Assembly: GCA_963666365.2 (NCBI GenBank)
Contig: CAXXNF010000002.1
Coordinates: forward strand, 1,184,001 to 1,248,000
Direction: 5' to 3'
DNA from: Syntrophales bacterium
GTDB taxonomy: Bacteria; Desulfobacterota; Syntrophia; Syntrophales; UBA2210
Length of the DNA: 64,000 nucleotides
A program made the position numbers and the translations under genes. Positions within the stretch are counted from its first letter, which is position 1. Each line of letters starts with the position of its first letter. Shown here piece by piece: positions 58,894-64,000 of this stretch. Below the pieces are notes generated by a model. That model was not told the DNA's origin, made no database searches, and saw only the letters and a list, made by a program, of their open reading frames with translations.

Positions 58894-61806
58894 ATGAAAC
58901 ATCTTCCTCTCTACAGCACCCGAATCATCAGACACTACCTCGAGTATGTGGCGCTCCACTATCCTGAGATCGAGATCAATTCGCTCATCGAAGGTGCAGA
59001 CATCACGCCCTTCCAGTTGGAAGACGACGGTCACTGGCTGACCCAGGATCAGGTGGATCGTTTTCACAAGAAACTTGCCGAGCTGACACAGGACCCCAAT
59101 CTGCCCCGCGAGGCGGGGAGGACCTTTGCACCATCAAAATCTTCCGGCGTGTTGTCTCAATATGCCCTTGGCTTCATCACGCCCGGCACCGCCTATGCCA
59201 TGCTGGACAAGCTTTTCAGTCGCGTGACCAGGGCGCATGAGATGACGATTAAATACCTCGCGCCAAACAGCATTAAAGTAATCGTTACCCCCAAAGTCGG
59301 GGTTGAAGAAAAGCCCTACCAATGCGAAAACCGTTTCGGAACCTTTGAGTCGATAGCCAGTCTCTTCACCGGCAAGCTGGCCCAGGTCGAACACCCGACC
59401 TGTATCCACCGCGGCGACGAGGCCTGCACCTATATCATATCCTGGGAGCAGCCCAGATCCTTTGTCTGGAAACGCATCCGCAACTACGGGTCTCTTGTGG
59501 GGGTGAGCCTTTTCCTGGCATCGCTTTTTATACTGCCTCACGGGTATGTGCTGGTCTTTCTGCTGGCGATGGCGCTCCTTATCACCGCCGTATTTCTCTA
59601 CACGGAAAAACTGGAGAAACAGGAAATCAGCACCGTTCTGAAAAATCAGAGCATCCTTGCGGAGGATCTGCTCGATCAGATCAATGTCAGTTATGAAAAT
59701 TCACTGCTCGTTCAGGAGATCGGTCAGGCCGCCTCTGAAATCCTCAACGGCGAAAAAATTCTCGAACATATTACCGGCATAATGTCGAAGCGCCTCAGGT
59801 TTAAACGGGGGATTATTTTTCTCGCCGACAAGGACGGAAACAACCTCGCCTATACCGCTTCCTACGGATTCAGCCCTGAATTGTTGAAGTACCTGCAGTC
59901 AATAACATTTTATTTGGGAAATCCCGCCTCGAAGGGAGAAGTCGTCCGGGCCTTTCGGGAACAAAAGCCCTTTATGGTGAACGACACCGATCAAATCAGG
60001 CAGTATCTCTCTAAACGGACAAGGGAATTCGTGGACAAACTGGGAATCAACTCATTTATCTGCGTGCCCATCATCTATGAAGGCAGGTCCCTGGGCGTCC
60101 TTGCCGTTGATGCGCCGCGATTCGGAAAATCGCCCAACCAGAGCGATGTCAATCTCATCATGGGGATTGCCACGCAGATTGGATCTAGCCTCAACAGCGT
60201 CCGGTTCTATCAGGAGATCAGAGAACGCGAGGCGCTTTTCAGAAATCTCAGTGAAAGCATCCCCGACATTATTGTGACCGTGGCCATGAACGGGGGAATC
60301 ACCTACGTAAATCCCGCCGTCGCAAAGGTGCTGGGATATGCACCGAAGGATGTCATCGGCGCCAATGTGATGGACTTTGTAAAAGAGGGTTCCCGTGCGG
60401 ACTACCTCCTGCTGATGAAACGCATACACGATTCGAAAGATACGGTAAAAAATTTTAAGGGAACGCTTATCAGAAAAGACGGTGCGGAGAGGCTCTTTGA
60501 TATAAATTGCGTGCCCAATCTCAATAGCGACGGCGCCATAAAGGGACTGGTGGCAAACCTGAAAGACATTACAGAACAGCACTCCCTGGAAGCCCAGCTT
60601 CATCATGCATCGAAAATGGAGGCCATCGGCACGTTGACCGGGGGCATATCCCACGACTTCAACAACATACTTCAGGCACTGCGCGGCTACACCCAGCTGC
60701 TCCTCACACACAGACCGCAATCCGACCGTGACCGGCATTATCTCGTCAGTATCGATGAAATGATCGAACGGGCCACAAACCTCACCCGTCAGCTTCTTCT
60801 TTTCAGCCGTAAAGTGGAAAGCAAATTTTCGCCCTTCGACTTCAATCAGGAAATAAAAAAATGTTTCGACATTCTTTCACAAACGATCACCAGGATGATC
60901 ACCATTGAATTGAAACTCTCCGACGATCTTGGCATCGTCAACGGTGACGCCACGCAGATGGGCCAGATCATCATGAATCTCGCCCTGAATGCACGGGATG
61001 CCATGCCTGAAGGTGGTCGTCTTGCCATCACTACGGAAAACGTACAGATCGATGAGACGCAGATTATTGATGATGTCACTATAGACAGAGGCAAATACGT
61101 CAGAATCACCGTCTCAGACACGGGCACGGGCATGACGCAGGAGGTCAGGGAACGCATATTCGAGCCCTTCTTTACCACCAAGGACGGAAAGGGGACCGGT
61201 TTGGGCCTTCCCGTTGTATACGGCATTGTCACAAACCATGGCGGGACCATCGCCTGCCACAGCGAACCCGACAGTGGATCGACCTTCACCGTCTATCTTC
61301 CCCGCATAGACGCCCCCCGTGATGAAAACGCGGTCATCGTAAAGGCGGCTGCACCGGCGCCTGCCCTGAACGGCAGTGAAACTGTCCTGATCGTCGATGA
61401 CGAAGAAATGCTTCTCGAAACGGGAGAAGCCATCCTGGACCAATACGGATATACCACCTGCACGGCGCGCAGCGGCGAAGAAGCCCTCGAATACTTCGCG
61501 CTTCACAAAGATGCCATCGATCTTATACTGCTGGACCTGATTATGCCGGGCATGGGGGGACAGAAATGTCTCGAAGGTCTACTGAAAATCGACCCTTCCG
61601 TTCCTGTCGTCATTACAAGCGGGTACACGGCCGGCATCGACGCGCAGGAAATCCTGCAAAACGGCGCGACGGGGTTTATCAACAAGCCCTATCAGGTCAC
61701 TACGCTTATTCAGGAAATCAGAACGATTCTTGACTGTTCGACAAGAAATAAAGACGCCCCTGCAAAACGTCTACAAACATCCTCTCCCTTGAGGGAAGAG
61801 GATTGA
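58894..61806 (+). CDS. Hybrid histidine kinase (N-terminal sensor, 2 TM, GAF, PAS, HisKA/HATPase, REC)
   Basis: GISHDFNNIL, NARDAM, GTGLGL, LLDLIMPGMGG; N-terminal CENRFG..HPTCIHRGDEACTYIISW. Confidence 0.93.
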   Translation: MKHLPLYSTRIIRHYLEYVALHYPEIEINSLIEGADITPFQLEDDGHWLTQDQVDRFHKKLAELTQDPNLPREAGRTFAPSKSSGVLSQYALGFITPGTAYAMLDKLFSRVTRAHEMTIKYLAPNSIKVIVTPKVGVEEKPYQCENRFGTFESIASLFTGKLAQVEHPTCIHRGDEACTYIISWEQPRSFVWKRIRNYGSLVGVSLFLASLFILPHGYVLVFLLAMALLITAVFLYTEKLEKQEISTVLKNQSILAEDLLDQINVSYENSLLVQEIGQAASEILNGEKILEHITGIMSKRLRFKRGIIFLADKDGNNLAYTASYGFSPELLKYLQSITFYLGNPASKGEVVRAFREQKPFMVNDTDQIRQYLSKRTREFVDKLGINSFICVPIIYEGRSLGVLAVDAPRFGKSPNQSDVNLIMGIATQIGSSLNSVRFYQEIREREALFRNLSESIPDIIVTVAMNGGITYVNPAVAKVLGYAPKDVIGANVMDFVKEGSRADYLLLMKRIHDSKDTVKNFKGTLIRKDGAERLFDINCVPNLNSDGAIKGLVANLKDITEQHSLEAQLHHASKMEAIGTLTGGISHDFNNILQALRGYTQLLLTHRPQSDRDRHYLVSIDEMIERATNLTRQLLLFSRKVESKFSPFDFNQEIKKCFDILSQTITRMITIELKLSDDLGIVNGDATQMGQIIMNLALNARDAMPEGGRLAITTENVQIDETQIIDDVTIDRGKYVRITVSDTGTGMTQEVRERIFEPFFTTKDGKGTGLGLPVVYGIVTNHGGTIACHSEPDSGSTFTVYLPRIDAPRDENAVIVKAAAPAPALNGSETVLIVDDEEMLLETGEAILDQYGYTTCTARSGEEALEYFALHKDAIDLILLDLIMPGMGGQKCLEGLLKIDPSVPVVITSGYTAGIDAQEILQNGATGFINKPYQVTTLIQEIRTILDCSTRNKDAPAKRLQTSSPLREED

Positions 61807-61822
61807 GGTGAGGAATCCTATC

Positions 61823-62935
61823 ATGCCTGAAGAAATTACACGCTGCCGCAGGTGCATACTGCCTTCATCCTATCCCGGCATCGATTTCGACGCCGACGGC
61901 GTCTGCACCTTTTGTCGGGCGGCCCCTTCCCCCGACACAATACAGCCCGCCGCCCATCGGAAAACACAACTCAATGCAATTATTAATGCGTACAGGGGAA
62001 AGGGAGCGTATGACGTCATCGTCGGTCTGAGCGGCGGGAAAGACAGCAGTTATGTTGCCTGGTATCTTCACAATGAATACCATCTTCGCATCCTGGGGAT
62101 TAATTTTGATAACGGGTACCGCTCGGAATATGCCCTGAAAAATATTGCCGTGCTGTCCGATACACTGGGGATAGACGTCGTCACCATCGGACCGAACCTG
62201 AAGTTTCTCAAAAAAATGTATGCCCATTTTCTGCGCCGAAGAGGGGAATTCTGTTCCGTCTGCAATAATATGGGCTATCTTCTTGTGGCAAGTTTCTGCC
62301 GTCGGGAACAGCGGCTGCACGGGGTGTCTCCGCTTGCCGTCGGAGGATGGTCGAAGCGCTACGAGTTTCAGCCGGGCGTGTCGGTCACCTCAATGCAGTA
62401 TTTTTTCGAAACGCTCACCCCTTCCCTCTTCGAGGAACTCATGGCACAACCGTTCATCGAGGAGGCCGTGGTGGAGCGCTATCGCAGGCTTCACGATCCG
62501 CGGCAGGCACAGCTTGACACCACCGGCGGCTCGGAGAAGAACGCCGCCGCAATGGACATGATACAGCTTCCCGACTATATCCAATGGAACATGAAGGATA
62601 TTCCCGATTTTCTTGAGCAGACGCTTGGATGGCGCCGTCCGCCCGACATCCATGCAAGCCACTTCGACTGCACCGTTTTCCCCATCAAAGGATTCCTGAA
62701 GTATCGAAAATTCGGCCTCAGTCAGGAAACCATAAAGAACAGCGTAATGATCCGCGAAGGCGCTATGTCCAGAGAGGAGGCGCTGGCGCGTTGCTCCCTT
62801 GACCAGAGAGATGAGCCGTCAGTATACCGGGGATTTCTCGCGGACCTGGGACTTGCGCCGGAAGACGTCAGCGACGATGCCGAGTGGTCGTCAGGACAGC
62901 GGGAACATGAAAATAGAAACCATCACCATATTTAA
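61823..62935 (+). CDS. PP-loop ATPase, N-acetyl-sugar amidotransferase-like
   Basis: CRRCILP..DGVCTFC, GLSGGKDSS, HFDC, IREGAMSREEA. Confidence 0.8.
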   Translation: MPEEITRCRRCILPSSYPGIDFDADGVCTFCRAAPSPDTIQPAAHRKTQLNAIINAYRGKGAYDVIVGLSGGKDSSYVAWYLHNEYHLRILGINFDNGYRSEYALKNIAVLSDTLGIDVVTIGPNLKFLKKMYAHFLRRRGEFCSVCNNMGYLLVASFCRREQRLHGVSPLAVGGWSKRYEFQPGVSVTSMQYFFETLTPSLFEELMAQPFIEEAVVERYRRLHDPRQAQLDTTGGSEKNAAAMDMIQLPDYIQWNMKDIPDFLEQTLGWRRPPDIHASHFDCTVFPIKGFLKYRKFGLSQETIKNSVMIREGAMSREEALARCSLDQRDEPSVYRGFLADLGLAPEDVSDDAEWSSGQREHENRNHHHI

Positions 62936-64000
62936 ATGTGAACGCCCCTTTTCACGCGCATTCGCTTCATCGAAACGCAAGCGGACACGGGCTGAAGCGA
63001 TCGTGCTGAAAATCGACTGCGAAAGAGGACTCTTCGGTTACGGTGAATGCACGCCCCGCCCATATGTGACGGGGGAACGCATCGAGTCGGTCTTCGCCGT
63101 CATTCGCACTATCATGGCTGAACAGCTTCTTGGTGAATCCTTTTCTTCGCTCCCGGACATCGCCATGGTTCTGGAGGGACTCTCGCGCACCTGTGAGACC
63201 CGTTATGGCCGTCCCGTCAACTCTGCACTCTGCGCCGTTGAGCTGGCGCTCATCGATGCGCTGGGAAAGCAGTGCAATGCACCGGCACAGAACCTTCTCG
63301 GTCCCGCACTGCGGGAACAGCTTCCCTACGCGCTGTCGATTCCTCTTTTATCCCTGCCCACGCTTCGAAACCTCTTGCCGCTACTGGACACCGTCCCCTT
63401 TTCATCGCTCAAGATTGTTGCCGGCATCGACAGGAACGATACGTTGAACCGTCTTCGCTTCGTCCGTGACGAATACGGATTTGGCGGAGATGTCACCCTT
63501 GAGGCCAACGGCGCCTGGACAGCCGATGAAGCACTCGTCATACTGGATCAGGCCGTTCCATTCGGCATAGCAGGGGTCGAGCAGCCCACGGAAAAGGACG
63601 ATCTGAAGGGCATGCAGAGGGTAAAGTGGGAAACGGGAATCCCCCTTATCGCAGACGAGTCGATGTGCAGCCTTTCCGAAGCGCGAAGGTTGATCGAAGA
63701 GCAGGCATGCGATATCATCAACATCAAAATCTCAAAATGCGGGGGGCTTCTTCAATCGATGGCAATCGCCCGTTATGCCCATGCAGCGGGGATACCCTGT
63801 CAGATCGGCGCCCATGTGGGGGAAACGGAAATCCTCTCATCGGCGGGAAGAGCGCTGGCACGCACCGTACCCGAGATCCTCAGATATGATGGATTCTCCT
63901 CTCTGCTTTTCGATCATCACGGCGGACATGCCCGCAATACCGACTGCAACGCACCGCACAGCGGAAGGGACATGGCCGGGCTCGGCATGGACGTTCAGGA
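62907..64000 (+). CDS. Enolase-superfamily (MLE/dipeptide epimerase-like) enzyme, runs off the window
   Basis: Not in the ORF track; GYGECTPRPYVTGE, EANGAW, VEQP, ADES, NIKISKCGG, GAHVGET. Confidence 0.85.
   Translation, partial: MKIETITIFKCERPFSRAFASSKRKRTRAEAIVLKIDCERGLFGYGECTPRPYVTGERIESVFAVIRTIMAEQLLGESFSSLPDIAMVLEGLSRTCETRYGRPVNSALCAVELALIDALGKQCNAPAQNLLGPALREQLPYALSIPLLSLPTLRNLLPLLDTVPFSSLKIVAGIDRNDTLNRLRFVRDEYGFGGDVTLEANGAWTADEALVILDQAVPFGIAGVEQPTEKDDLKGMQRVKWETGIPLIADESMCSLSEARRLIEEQACDIINIKISKCGGLLQSMAIARYAHAAGIPCQIGAHVGETEILSSAGRALARTVPEILRYDGFSSLLFDHHGGHARNTDCNAPHSGRDMAGLGMDVQ

Overview
This window is a bacterial chromosome segment; gene content suggests a Desulfobacterota/Syntrophales-like deltaproteobacterium (inference). 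It is dominated by a ~47 kb MSHA-like type IV pilus locus. The core machinery (pilM-N fusion, pilO, pilP-like, pilQ, ExeA/MshM-like ATPase, MshEN-containing PilB, PilC) runs on the minus strand into a membrane-anchored sigma54 activator, frameshifted at an A7 tract, and then a sigma54-promoted major pilin. Further left lie a TMTC-like glycosyltransferase, an AT-rich glycosylation island, a pile-up of IS elements, and a long array of intact and decayed toxin-antitoxin modules with duplicated gene fragments. Beyond these are an ECF sigma factor and two divergently oriented four-gene minor-pilin (tip) cassettes; both cassettes and the sigma gene share a GTGAC-N16-TGTA upstream motif. A >1089-aa secreted teneurin-like NHL protein, missing from the ORF track, runs off the left edge. 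The right end holds polX bracketed by palindromic elements, two acyl-CoA metabolism genes, ihfA, and a four-gene cluster: tandem-PilZ/GNAT-like protein, hybrid kinase, PP-loop amidotransferase and enolase-superfamily enzyme. Several MITE/REP families are present; one carries the ends and the 5-bp target duplications of the resident IS5-family element. No rRNA, tRNA or CRISPR array was recognised. All calls come from reading motifs by eye; no database search was run.
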